Below are positions 38,505 through 48,545 of a DNA stretch of 64,000 bases, piece after piece. Below the pieces are notes generated by a model. It did not search any database. It saw only the letters and a list, made by a program, of their open reading frames with translations, and was not told where the DNA came from. Source of the stretch: a virus (lineage: Duplodnaviria; Caudoviricetes); the IMG/VR virus record IMGVR_UViG_3300028888_001628, positions 32,001 to 96,000 of that record. One strand, 5' to 3'. Positions within the stretch are counted from its first letter, which is position 1; every line of letters starts with the position of its first letter. Position numbers and translations under genes: made by a program.

Positions 38505-39017
38505 ATGAAAGTACCACATACATTATATAGAGTACCTAGTTTTTATGGTGACTCTAATTGGCATACATCGAATCTAGAATCAACTTCACCACTATCGATT
38601 GTAAATCCAATACATTATGTAGAAGCTTATTTAAATGGTCAATGGGGAATCTCACAGGGTGATTCAATACCTTCACCAGGTGAAGGTTACACAGTTCTTA
38701 GAAGTGAAAGTAATTATCACATAGCAAGTCAAAGTGCTGTAATGTATGTGAAGTTTAAACCTGAGTTTTCAGGTAGTATGACTTTTAAAATTCTTAATAG
38801 TGCAGAAAGCGGTTACGATTATCCGATAGTGACGCTAGAAGACGGTACTACATTATACAGTGATCGATATAGCACAGGCACTTTTAACTCGTTTACAGTT
38901 ACATTAACAGGCGAGCATACAATGACTGTTACATTCAGAAAAGATGGTAGCGGTGATTCAAATTTAGATAGAGCTTTCTTAGCAGTACCATTAGAAGTCT
39001 CAATTATAGATTCATAA
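38505..39017 (+). CDS. Putative beta-sandwich (carbohydrate-binding-like) virion protein
   Basis: SAESGYDY...GEHTMTVTFRKDGSGDSNLDRA pattern typical of jelly-roll modules. Confidence 0.5.
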   Translation: MKVPHTLYRVPSFYGDSNWHTSNLESTSPLSIVNPIHYVEAYLNGQWGISQGDSIPSPGEGYTVLRSESNYHIASQSAVMYVKFKPEFSGSMTFKILNSAESGYDYPIVTLEDGTTLYSDRYSTGTFNSFTVTLTGEHTMTVTFRKDGSGDSNLDRAFLAVPLEVSIIDS

Positions 39018-39031
39018 TACAGGTAAATATT

Positions 39032-40543
39032 ATGTCAGAATATAAAGGTTTTAGAATTTGGAATTTAGAATTTCAAGCTATGCAAGTAGGTCAAACTAAT
39101 GTGCAGCGAGAAATGGATACGTCAACTGGTGGAGGTGCAGAGGGTGGTGGAGCAGATAGTGGCGGTGGAGGCGCTACTTCATCTTATACAGGTAGACTAA
39201 TTAACACATCCACTAATGCAAGATATTGGGAATGCACAGACAGCGGTTTAAAGTCACATTTGTATGACTTTTTAGAGCCTATGGTAGAACTTTCGTCTAA
39301 TGGTGTTGGTTGGCAATTAGACACAGATACATATAGTCGATTATATAATATAGTAACTTCTAGAAACCCTTCTTATGCAGAATTCATAAATCGCAATATG
39401 AATATCTATGATGCGACTAATAATCCTACTGGTGATAAGACAATAAAGTTAGTCCCATCAGAATATGTTAGAGTTATGTGTTTTAAACATAGTTCTGGTT
39501 ATAAAGCTATGATTGGTTTGAGTTTATATGCAATGGATGGTGATGATACACTAACATCTTTTGTGTATAATACTTCATACAGTAGAGCAATAGATCCAGG
39601 GTTCTTACACGATCATATATTAAATCACAAAATGAATGGTTATAGTAGTGATGACAGTTTATCAGTTACAGGTGGTTTATTTATTTCAATGATTCCGCCT
39701 AAAGAATCAGGCGAAGTACAAGACGATTGGAATCTCGAATATAGTATGCAAGATTCAAATTTTTATGCACCTACTATGACTCCTATAGTTCCATTTATGC
39801 ACTCTTTTATAGAGAGTTATAATTCAAGTTATCATAGTAATTATAGAGCGTCTTCTTGGTTAAGAGTTGGTACTTCTACAAATTATGATGCAGGTAATAA
39901 TTCAGGTGTTTTAGCTGGTACGAATATGAAATTAAGTCTATTATTGGACACTAAAGGTAACATTGGAATTTCATATAAATATACAGCTAGCACAAACACG
40001 ACTTCTTTAAATCCCATTATTATAATGGGCCCATTATACAAGAAAAAACTTTTTGCAAATGATTCTTTATGTACATCTAAATTAGGTGTTATTCAGTTTG
40101 GTAAAAGAGATTTAGATGTAAGCACTGGTAATTCTAGTTATTACAATGCAGCATGGGTTGCTTGTTATAATAACTATTATTATAATTATTTTACAGGTGA
40201 TTCACCTTATGGTTGGGATTATTTAAGCTCGTTTTCATCAGACGCGTCTTCATTTAATAATTATTATATCTATACTGCATATCCAGCTGTTGATTCATCT
40301 GTTCATCTCAATTATAGAAATGCGAAAGCTGGTTATACAGCAGTAGGTTTGATTGATGAAGAAGTAATTAGATGGAATGCTTCAGACGGTTTAGTCAAAG
40401 GTCAAACATATAATAATGGCGAATGGATTTATATGGGTAATGAGTACTCCGCTTATGCACAAGACGGTATTACAACAAGTAGGTTATTATATCCATCAAT
40501 TAAATGGGATATCCAATACAATGATACAAGTACATTCGCGTAA
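39032..40543 (+). CDS. Putative tail fibre/spike-associated protein
   Basis: 503 aa; N-terminal Gly-rich linker GGGAEGGGADSGGGG. Confidence 0.5.
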   Translation: MSEYKGFRIWNLEFQAMQVGQTNVQREMDTSTGGGAEGGGADSGGGGATSSYTGRLINTSTNARYWECTDSGLKSHLYDFLEPMVELSSNGVGWQLDTDTYSRLYNIVTSRNPSYAEFINRNMNIYDATNNPTGDKTIKLVPSEYVRVMCFKHSSGYKAMIGLSLYAMDGDDTLTSFVYNTSYSRAIDPGFLHDHILNHKMNGYSSDDSLSVTGGLFISMIPPKESGEVQDDWNLEYSMQDSNFYAPTMTPIVPFMHSFIESYNSSYHSNYRASSWLRVGTSTNYDAGNNSGVLAGTNMKLSLLLDTKGNIGISYKYTASTNTTSLNPIIIMGPLYKKKLFANDSLCTSKLGVIQFGKRDLDVSTGNSSYYNAAWVACYNNYYYNYFTGDSPYGWDYLSSFSSDASSFNNYYIYTAYPAVDSSVHLNYRNAKAGYTAVGLIDEEVIRWNASDGLVKGQTYNNGEWIYMGNEYSAYAQDGITTSRLLYPSIKWDIQYNDTSTFA

Positions 40544-40622
40544 CTATATCTATAATAATATCTACTATAATGTAGTTGTTTGTATAAATTATTATTAACT
40601 AACTTTTATAAGGAAGGTAAAT

Positions 40623-41264
40623 ATGCTTAAACTAGTTTTAAACGTAGAAGATGCTATCCGTGGTGATATGGTAAAAGACGGTGTGGTAGATTGGACTATG
40701 GGTACTGATGTATCAGCTAAAGGTACATTTAAATTATTTGATGCAGGTGTTGGTGTTAATGCAGCACTCACTCTTGAGACTGAAGTTACTGAAGATAAAA
40801 ACATTGTAGTTAATGATGCTACAGCTACAGCTAATTTAGCTAAGCTTACAGGCACTGTAGTTCATCGCGTTACTTTTAATGCTGGCAAGGATGTGCAAGT
40901 AGATACAAAGATCCCAACTAGCTCAGGTAAAACTGAAGATTCAGGTACTGATGGTATTGCACTTGATACAACTGGTCCTACTTTGGTTTTAACTCGTACA
41001 GGTACATTTACTACTCCAGCTACTATTGACGTTGAGATTGTAAAATACCCAGTAGCAACTGGCTATCTTGTTGATCGTAATATTAATAGTGGTGCTGCAG
41101 CACCAAAAGTACTTAAAGTTCTCGGTGTTGGTAATCTTCATATTGACGCTCTTTGTCAGTGGCGTAGACATGAAGGTCTTAAACCTAATGAGACACATTT
41201 CAATATGCGTGCAGATGATCCCCATACAAAAGTTCTTGCACTTGGTGAAGTAACTACAGCCTGA
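40623..41264 (+). CDS. Probable abundant virion protein (head decoration-like)
   Basis: Thr/Val/Ala/Gly-rich; AAGGAAGG RBS; own promoter motifs (40545, 40580) and terminator (41287-41325); directly upstream of the head genes. Confidence 0.5.
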   Translation: MLKLVLNVEDAIRGDMVKDGVVDWTMGTDVSAKGTFKLFDAGVGVNAALTLETEVTEDKNIVVNDATATANLAKLTGTVVHRVTFNAGKDVQVDTKIPTSSGKTEDSGTDGIALDTTGPTLVLTRTGTFTTPATIDVEIVKYPVATGYLVDRNINSGAAAPKVLKVLGVGNLHIDALCQWRRHEGLKPNETHFNMRADDPHTKVLALGEVTTA

Positions 41265-41422
41265 TAGTTATTAGTGCTTAAATAATAAAGCATAGTATTA
41301 GAATTAAGTTTCTATACTATGCTTTTATTTTATCAAATAAATAATAGTATTTATATCTAATAATTTATTAGATAGCATATTATAATAAGTAAATTATCTA
41401 TATAATTATTTGGAGGCTCATT

Positions 41423-42406
41423 ATGAAAGTTTTTACTGAGTCTATTATATCAGAGATGAAACCTACTAAGGATTCAAATAAATCTGCAGGTACTTTATGT
41501 GTAATGACAGGTCCTTGTATGCAATTCGGTCAGGTCAATCGCAATAATCGTATCTATTCAAGAAAGCTTGTAGAAGATAGAATTCTTAATAACCCAACAG
41601 TACAAGAGACATTAAAGAATAGATCTATGTTGGGTGAAGGTGGTCATCCTGAAAACAGAGTAGACATTAGTTACCCAGAAGTAGCGCTTGCTGTAGAAAA
41701 ACTTTGGATTCCAGAAGGTAATGGTGATATGTTATGGGGACAGTTCGCAATCCTCGATACACCTACTGGAAGAATTCTAAATACACTAGTACAGTACGGA
41801 ACTAAATTAGGTATTTCTGCTAGAGCTGTCGCTGATTCATATCAAAAAGACGGTCATGAGATTATAGTTGAAAGTTCTTATGAGTTAATTACATTTGATG
41901 CAGTCCCCGAGCCTGGGTTTAAATGTGCTCGTCTAGAACAAGTAGATTCTGTATCAAAACCTGTAGATAAGATGTCAACAAAAGAATTGAAAGAATCCTC
42001 TGCAGCACTCAAATCATTTAAGAATCCTGTATTTGAATCAAGAATTCGTACATTAGATAAAGAGATCTGTAAACGTGAGCATAAAGCAGATATCCATTCT
42101 ATATTAGAATCAATGAATAAATTAGCAGAATCTCTAGATGGTTCATTCAATAAATTACAAAATATCAAATACGAAAAGAAATTAGCGTCTCTTATTACTG
42201 AAGCTAAATCTCTTATAAAAGATATTAAAACTACAACCACTAAAAATAATTCAATATCTAATATTTGTAGCGAAGATATTAGTATCAATAAATTTAGAGA
42301 TGATACTAAATTCAACGAATCAATAAATACAGATAATCTATTTAGTAATAAAGATATTTCTACATTAGAAAGAATGTGTTCAAATTTTAGGAGGAACTAT
42401 GAATAA
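41423..42406 (+). CDS. Prohead protease (T4 gp21-like) with long C-terminal helical extension
   Basis: NRNNRIYS; LGEGGHP; ILDTPTG; LGISARA; FDAVPEPG. Confidence 0.92.
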   Translation: MKVFTESIISEMKPTKDSNKSAGTLCVMTGPCMQFGQVNRNNRIYSRKLVEDRILNNPTVQETLKNRSMLGEGGHPENRVDISYPEVALAVEKLWIPEGNGDMLWGQFAILDTPTGRILNTLVQYGTKLGISARAVADSYQKDGHEIIVESSYELITFDAVPEPGFKCARLEQVDSVSKPVDKMSTKELKESSAALKSFKNPVFESRIRTLDKEICKREHKADIHSILESMNKLAESLDGSFNKLQNIKYEKKLASLITEAKSLIKDIKTTTTKNNSISNICSEDISINKFRDDTKFNESINTDNLFSNKDISTLERMCSNFRRNYE

Positions 42407-43874
42407 AGTTATGTTAGAAGCTTACAAAGATAAGATTAGCGTAGTTGAAAGTGTCCGTGGTGGTATGTCAGATGACGCCAAAAAGACACTTGCTCGCGTA
42501 TTAAATAATACAGATAATGCTCTCAATGATCTTCGTGCCATTAGTGGTATGAAGAATGAAAGCGTTTGCCGTGACACACCATCCTCACAGTACAGTGGTA
42601 TCGATTGGTTCCCTGAACACTCAATCGACATGGTCAGTGCTATCTATGCTTCACAGATTATCGATGACATCGTTTCAGTTCAGTCAATTGATTCACCTCT
42701 CGGTGTTATTCGTTTTCTACAGTACGTTTATGGTCAGGATCGTGGCGCTGCTAAACGTAATGGCGTTGCTATTGATCAGTGGGGTGCAATGCAAGGTGCC
42801 GCTCAGGGTAACTTTGTAGCTCGTGAGCGTATCGACGGTGAGCAGGTTAACGAAGCCACACAGAACACAACTGCACATACATGGACACTTAAAGGCTTTT
42901 GCCAGCATCTTCCACTTAAGCTCAACCCTGATAGTCCATTCATTTTGACAAATGAAGCCAATCAGAGGATGTACTACGTTCGCGCTTGTAAAGGTGGTTG
43001 GAAAGTTTCAGCCATCGATACAGATGGCACTGAAGAAGAGCTTGCTAACGCTACAGTATCGCTTCTTTCACCAGCTTCTGGTGAATTTGACATTGTGTTA
43101 CCAACAGATGAAGGTACTGCAACTGATACATGGTCAGTTTCATACTTCCAGGATCTAAGCGAAGTTCCTACAGATTCTATGAACCTTGAACTTCGTCTTC
43201 GTACTGAAATGATTAAAGCTGTTCCTCACAAAATCCGTGCTAACTTCTCATTTGATGCTTCCTATGCACTTTCTAAAGCTCACGGTATTAACGTTGAGGA
43301 ATCACTCGTTAATGCTTGCACCGCAGAAATTCGTCAGGAACGTGATAATGAAGTCATTGGCATTCTAATGCGTCAGGCTGGTAATCGCCGTGAATGGGAT
43401 CGTACAGTTACTTCCTACATTTCACAGCACGATCACGATATGAGTTTCCTTAATGAGATCTTTGCTTGTGCATCACTCATTAACTTCGAAACAAAACGTG
43501 GTTTTGGTAACTGGGTAGTTGTTGGTCGTCAGGGTCTCAACATTATTAGATCAGCTGGTTCTGATCACTTCAAAGCCGCAGGCGCTACACTTCCTAACAA
43601 TGGTGCATTCGTTGTTGGTGAACTCGAAAGTCAGATCAAGGTTATTTACTCACCATACGTTCCACAGGATTCATACCTCGTTGGTTACAAAGGTTCCGAT
43701 ATGGATGCTGGCTTCGTAGTTGCAGACTTCCTCCCAATTACAAAGACAGATCTAGTAATGCTTGATGATTTCGTTGGACGTCAGGGTCTCGTTTCCTATT
43801 ACGGAACTAAGATGTTAAATCCAAAAATGTATGTGGTAGGGAAGATTGTTGGTGGTGATCCTAATCTTCGTTAA
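42399..43874 (+). CDS. Major capsid protein (T4 gp23-like)
   Basis: IVSVQSIDSPLGVIRFL; AHGINVEESL...AEIRQERD; GNWVV; LVGYKG; codon usage distinct from neighbours, consistent with high expression. Confidence 0.93.
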   Translation: MNKVMLEAYKDKISVVESVRGGMSDDAKKTLARVLNNTDNALNDLRAISGMKNESVCRDTPSSQYSGIDWFPEHSIDMVSAIYASQIIDDIVSVQSIDSPLGVIRFLQYVYGQDRGAAKRNGVAIDQWGAMQGAAQGNFVARERIDGEQVNEATQNTTAHTWTLKGFCQHLPLKLNPDSPFILTNEANQRMYYVRACKGGWKVSAIDTDGTEEELANATVSLLSPASGEFDIVLPTDEGTATDTWSVSYFQDLSEVPTDSMNLELRLRTEMIKAVPHKIRANFSFDASYALSKAHGINVEESLVNACTAEIRQERDNEVIGILMRQAGNRREWDRTVTSYISQHDHDMSFLNEIFACASLINFETKRGFGNWVVVGRQGLNIIRSAGSDHFKAAGATLPNNGAFVVGELESQIKVIYSPYVPQDSYLVGYKGSDMDAGFVVADFLPITKTDLVMLDDFVGRQGLVSYYGTKMLNPKMYVVGKIVGGDPNLR

Positions 43875-43895
43875 TATTAACGAATAAATAAAATT

Positions 43896-43935
43896 ATACC
43901 CTCTAGTTTTTAACTAGAGGGTATTTTTGTATATA
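43896..43935 (+). terminator. Terminator after the capsid gene, followed by TTGTATATA
   Basis: ataccctctagtt / aactagagggtat followed by T run. Confidence 0.75.
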
Positions 43936-43974
43936 AATTAAAATAGTGTTTATTTAACAATTATATTACTAACT

Positions 43975-44320
43975 ATGAAAAAGAAAGATATTAATGAACT
44001 TAAAGAATTGTATTTAAATAAATCATATAATAAACTAACTATTACAGACATTTATTATAATTCTGATAAGAAAACATGGTGTGCGGTATGCAAGTGTGAG
44101 TGTGGTTCGCAATGCAGTAAGTCATTAAATAAAGTAATATCTGGTCATACTAAAACATGTGGTGGCAGAGTTCAAGAATAGAGAGCCGTCAAAACATAAA
44201 TATGTAATGGAAGCCATTCATAATGGTGATTGTATTTCAGTTTATAACCCAGGTTCGTTTACTAATATATTCGTAAGAACCGGTTATCACTTAGATGGAA
44301 TGAAGGTTGTAGAAGATTAA
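43975..44320 (+). pseudogene. Degenerate homing-endonuclease gene related to 7981-9462
   Basis: ELKELY...KLTITDI...CKCECG...SGHTKTCG matches the N-terminus of 7981; stops after 68 aa; a second-frame remnant (SVYNPGS) ends at 44320. Confidence 0.65.
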
Positions 44321-44391
44321 ATAAAATACTGTATTTTTTGTATATCTATAGTTATAGTATATCAAAATAACCTATATGTGAGATCAGTATT

Positions 44392-45321
44392 ATGGCATCT
44401 ATAGATTGGAAAAAAGTTTGGGAATCAGCTCTAGCTAATAAAGAGATATTCCCTGTTAAGTTTATTAACAAAGATACAATCTCAGTCTCATGCCCTACAC
44501 GCTTTTCTAAATCAGGTGAATTATCAATAGAAATTACGCCTTTTTTTAACGAGGCTTCTATAGTTTTAGAACTACTTGTATTTAACGAAAATTTACTTCT
44601 TGATGAATTACCTTCTGAGAAAGAAGTTGATTCTGAGAAATCATCTACAGATGATTTTAACAGGTTAGTTGCAAGATTAGTTAAATACGAATTAGACAAT
44701 CGCATAATGGAAAGATTCAAGATTAAATCAAGTGGTTTTAAATCAGAGACTGAGGCAGAAAATACATTAGTCGATTATATAAATAGTAAAGCAACGGAGA
44801 GTGGGAGAATGTTTGACGATAAATTAGATGAGCTGAATGATTCTATTACAGCTAAAAAAGAAGAGAACTATTATCACATTCTAGAGTCTATTCGTAAAAA
44901 TAGATCATTTATTCTTAAGAAAGTAGAATCAATATTATTCAATAATTACAAATGGCACACTTCAAAGAATGAAGCTTACGATGATTCTACTGCATCTTTT
45001 TATGACGTGAATGGAAACTTATCAGCAGTCGTTTCATTAGTTGATAATTTTATTATAGTCGATCTTGCAAAAGGCGTTACAGCAAAAGTAAGTGCTATTC
45101 AATCTGACGAAGATATTGAAAAAGAACTTATTGATGATGTTGATGCTGCAAAAGAAGTAATGGCAAATAATGAAGTTAATCAGCTACGACAAGTTGTAGC
45201 TGATAATGAGCCTGAACCTGCAGATCCGCTTGATGATGAAGAAGACTATTTTGAATCTTTGTCACGTAGAATTACAAAACTAGAGAATCTATTTATCCGT
45301 CGTAAATTACGTAGACTATAA
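44392..45321 (+). CDS. Putative prohead core protein with C-terminal leader-like motif
   Basis: Ends FESLSRRITKLENLFIRRKLRRL; located in the head module. Confidence 0.55.
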   Translation: MASIDWKKVWESALANKEIFPVKFINKDTISVSCPTRFSKSGELSIEITPFFNEASIVLELLVFNENLLLDELPSEKEVDSEKSSTDDFNRLVARLVKYELDNRIMERFKIKSSGFKSETEAENTLVDYINSKATESGRMFDDKLDELNDSITAKKEENYYHILESIRKNRSFILKKVESILFNNYKWHTSKNEAYDDSTASFYDVNGNLSAVVSLVDNFIIVDLAKGVTAKVSAIQSDEDIEKELIDDVDAAKEVMANNEVNQLRQVVADNEPEPADPLDDEEDYFESLSRRITKLENLFIRRKLRRL

Positions 45322-45336
45322 TTATTAGAGGTTAAT

Positions 45337-45777
45337 ATGTCAAAAATTTCATTTACTTTAAATGCATATAGTCATGTAAGAGTACATGATTTAAATAATA
45401 AATCATATAAATTAAAACGAGGCGTAAATCATTTAGAGTTAGAATATAAAGATTATGAATCACTAATGAAAGCTTTGGGCTGTACGCCACTACCTGATCC
45501 TGATTTAGTAAAAGAATCAAAGCCTGAAGAACCCGTTACTGAAGAACAGGCTGAACCTGTTGTTGAGCAGATTAAATCAGAAGAGCCTGTTGTTGAAGAA
45601 CCGGTTGAATCAAAGCCTGAAGAACCACCTGTTGAAGAACAGACTGCATCTGAAGATAAATATTCAGAAATGTCATACAGTCAGTTAAAGGCAGAATATA
45701 AACGTATTACTGGAAAATCTTGTAAGTTAAAGAAAGAAGAAGTAATCGAATTCTTACGGGAACACGAAAATGTTTAA
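45337..45777 (+). CDS. Protein with Pro/Glu-rich linker and C-terminal Rho-N/HeH-like nucleic-acid-binding motif
   Basis: ESKPEEP repeats; YSEMSYSQLKAEYK...KLKKEEVIEFL. Confidence 0.6.
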   Translation: MSKISFTLNAYSHVRVHDLNNKSYKLKRGVNHLELEYKDYESLMKALGCTPLPDPDLVKESKPEEPVTEEQAEPVVEQIKSEEPVVEEPVESKPEEPPVEEQTASEDKYSEMSYSQLKAEYKRITGKSCKLKKEEVIEFLREHENV

Positions 45778-46420
45778 TAGATCACAGATCTTAGACGCGG
45801 TTAAAACTCGTTTAGGATATCCAGTTATTGATTTAGCAATAACTGATGAAATGATATTAAAACAAATAGATTGTGCAGTTAATAAAGTTATTCCATATCT
45901 AAATAATGTAGAGCTTTTTACAGTATATAATAAAACTGTTGATTTTAATCACAAGAAAGTATATACAGTATTAAGAGTAACTTCATCTAATGATACTGAA
46001 ACAATAAATTTAGACAAAGCTGTTAACTACGGTTTTTACATTACAAACAATGCAAGATCTATAGTTGATTGCGCTGTTTGGAATTATTATTGTAATTCAG
46101 TACAAGATGATTTAAATCCCATTGGTTTTAGATTAGTTGGTGATACTTTATACATAGATGGCGGTAACGCACCTTGGACTATTGAAGCTGTAACAGAGCA
46201 TTCAATAAATACAATGACAGAAGATTATGTCAACTGGATTACTGATTATTCTGTTGCATTGACTAAATGCGTAGAAGGTGAGATTCGTTCTAAAGTAAAG
46301 ATCACTGGATCACCTGTCGAAACGAATGGGTCAGAGTTAAAACAAGAGGGTATTACAGAAAAGACCGCTCTTGAAGAAAAACTCGGTACACAGCTTGGTT
46401 TATTTTATGCAACTCGCTAA
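45770..46420 (+). CDS. Neck / head-completion protein (T4 gp13-like)
   Basis: RLGYPVIDLAI...QIDCAV; WITDYSVALTK...GEIRSK; NGSELKQEG. Confidence 0.85.
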   Translation: MFNRSQILDAVKTRLGYPVIDLAITDEMILKQIDCAVNKVIPYLNNVELFTVYNKTVDFNHKKVYTVLRVTSSNDTETINLDKAVNYGFYITNNARSIVDCAVWNYYCNSVQDDLNPIGFRLVGDTLYIDGGNAPWTIEAVTEHSINTMTEDYVNWITDYSVALTKCVEGEIRSKVKITGSPVETNGSELKQEGITEKTALEEKLGTQLGLFYATR

Positions 46421-46458
46421 ATAATATATAAACTTATTTTATAATAGAGGTGTTAATT

Positions 46459-46890
46459 ATGATGAGTCGTACTGATGAAATTAAAAACATTATGCGTCAA
46501 CTTCGTGAAAGCAAATCAGTTGAAGCTAAGAATGAATCACTAAAGAAAGTTAATGAAGAATCTGAAGCTGCTGACACAGAAAATGATACTTCTGAATCCG
46601 ATTTAATTCTTGCTCGCCTTGAAGATATTCTTGCTCGTTTTGAAAAAGTAATCGCGGCTGCAGATGGTGAAGAACCTACTGAAGACGAAGAAATGCCTGC
46701 CGAAGATGAAGAAGCACCTGCCGAAGATGAAGGTGGTGAAGACGAGGAAACATCTGCTGAAGAAGAGGGTGGTGAAGAGGAAGCCGCTGAAGAATCATTT
46801 GAACGATCTATTGAAAATCGTCTTGCTGCATTAGAACGTCGTTTTACAGAATCACGCCGTCGTCATCTCTGCCGTCGTTTTACTCGTTAA
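46459..46890 (+). CDS. Acidic putative scaffold/core protein with C-terminal leader-like motif
   Basis: Multiple sites LRES, KNES, VNEE; Glu-rich tract; ESFERSIENRLAALERRFTESRRR. Confidence 0.6.
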   Translation: MMSRTDEIKNIMRQLRESKSVEAKNESLKKVNEESEAADTENDTSESDLILARLEDILARFEKVIAAADGEEPTEDEEMPAEDEEAPAEDEGGEDEETSAEEEGGEEEAAEESFERSIENRLAALERRFTESRRRHLCRRFTR

Positions 46891-46915
46891 TATATAATAT
46901 TTTATAAAACATAAT

Positions 46916-46966
46916 AAAGGTACCATTTAATATCTAACCATTAAATGGTACCTTTAACTGTATATA
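46916..46966 (+). terminator. 16-bp hairpin with TATCTAA at the loop, followed by CTGTATATA
   Basis: aaaggtaccatttaat / attaaatggtaccttt. Confidence 0.65.
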
Positions 46967-46978
46967 GTTAATAGAATT

Positions 46979-47347
46979 ATGAAGTCTATATTATTACATT
47001 ATAATGATGACGAGTTTAAACAGTTTATTCTAGAGTACACTAGATCTTTTGCGCTACGTAAATGTACTACTTACTTCAAAGATGAAGAGATAAAAGAGTT
47101 TTTACTTGATGAAGAAGATGGTAATGCTGCTAAATATACTATTTCAGACATAGTGAAAACAATAGATATAGTAAATAATTCAATAAGATATACTAATCAA
47201 CAGCTTGTTAATCATTTAGTTTACGATTTAGGTTATCGTGTATGGTATGATATATTTAACTATGTAAATAATGCACTACCAACTATATATCTCAAATATA
47301 ACGGTATTAAACAGCTGAATTTAGTAAGAGAGGATCCACGAAAATGA
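46979..47347 (+). CDS. Hypothetical protein in the neck/tail operon
   Basis: 122 aa; ATGA overlap with the next gene. Confidence 0.7.
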   Translation: MKSILLHYNDDEFKQFILEYTRSFALRKCTTYFKDEEIKEFLLDEEDGNAAKYTISDIVKTIDIVNNSIRYTNQQLVNHLVYDLGYRVWYDIFNYVNNALPTIYLKYNGIKQLNLVREDPRK

Positions 47348-47817
47348 CAAGTCTATTATTCAGTGATAAAGAATTGTGTCTTACTAGAAATTTTATAGAC
47401 GAAGCATATCGCTTGTTTGGAATAGACTGTGTAGTTTTTGATGTTACCTCTATGAATATGTATGGTGATGATAGACATTTATCATCAGGTACACCTTATA
47501 AGATTCTATTATCAGAATATGTAGACACAAGATTATTATCAAATTTAAAATGGTCTACATTAGATGCTAATAGAGAAGCTATCACCGCGCTAGCACCGAT
47601 CCAATATAACGGAATTAAATTTAATCTTAGAGAGTTTAATGTTATTAGACTAAATAATGGCGATACATATCAGATACGAGAAGTTAATTCTACATATTTA
47701 CTATCAACACATTACGCTATAAAACTAATAACATACAGAGATGAAAAAGACCGCCCAAGAGAAGATAAGCAAATGAAAACAAATTATCTTAAAACTACTA
47801 GGGAGGAATTTGAATGA
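47344..47817 (+). CDS. Neck protein (T4 gp14-like)
   Basis: FIDEAYRLFGIDCVVF resembles the gp14 N-terminus; YQIREV; synteny. Confidence 0.6.
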   Translation: MTSLLFSDKELCLTRNFIDEAYRLFGIDCVVFDVTSMNMYGDDRHLSSGTPYKILLSEYVDTRLLSNLKWSTLDANREAITALAPIQYNGIKFNLREFNVIRLNNGDTYQIREVNSTYLLSTHYAIKLITYRDEKDRPREDKQMKTNYLKTTREEFE

Positions 47818-48545
47818 TAGACATTCGCGATTATGACATGGCTGTTGTAGAAAGAATTAAATCCTATTTCAATAATACGCATTGGATTAATCGTCAAACT
47901 ATACCAATTAAAGATATTCGTGATAGAAAAGTTCTTAATGGTTGTGATATAGAGTTTCCATTAGTTACAGTTAGAAGAGTTAACTGTCCAATGTTTTCAA
48001 AAGAATATAATTCTTGGTCTAGAGCTAACACTGGTCAAGCTTACCTAACTGCTGATAGTAGATACAAATCAAATGATTTACGTGATTATGATTTAGATCT
48101 TGCTAAACAGATAATTGAATCAGGGCATCACGATGCCGTATCACTTGTAAACTCTACATTTGATTTAACGTATTATATAGATGTTATTTCTTTAGAGCGA
48201 GATAACTTTGATACTATTTTAGTAGAATTACAAGAGAATCTGTTTAGAGTTCCATATCTTCAATTCGATAATCTTAAACGTAACGGTGAGCAGGATAAAT
48301 TAGTTAAGGGTCAAGCTTGCCATTTTATAGTAGAAGAAATAGAAGATACATCTGATCTTGAGAATTTTGATTCAGGTAATTCATTATATAGAGCTACTAT
48401 AACAGCTAAAGTAAATGCTTATATTTATCGTAAATATAGAAGTAAGACTTTAGAGAAGATTGGAATGAAGTTTGTTGACGGTACTGATGCTACAGATCGT
48501 ACTGTATTAGAATATACTATCCCAGAAGAGAATAACGATGGCTGA
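47814..48545 (+). CDS. Tail terminator / sheath stabiliser (T4 gp15-like)
   Basis: FPLVTVRR; FDLTYYIDV; YRATITAKVNAY; synteny. Confidence 0.6.
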   Translation: MIDIRDYDMAVVERIKSYFNNTHWINRQTIPIKDIRDRKVLNGCDIEFPLVTVRRVNCPMFSKEYNSWSRANTGQAYLTADSRYKSNDLRDYDLDLAKQIIESGHHDAVSLVNSTFDLTYYIDVISLERDNFDTILVELQENLFRVPYLQFDNLKRNGEQDKLVKGQACHFIVEEIEDTSDLENFDSGNSLYRATITAKVNAYIYRKYRSKTLEKIGMKFVDGTDATDRTVLEYTIPEENNDG

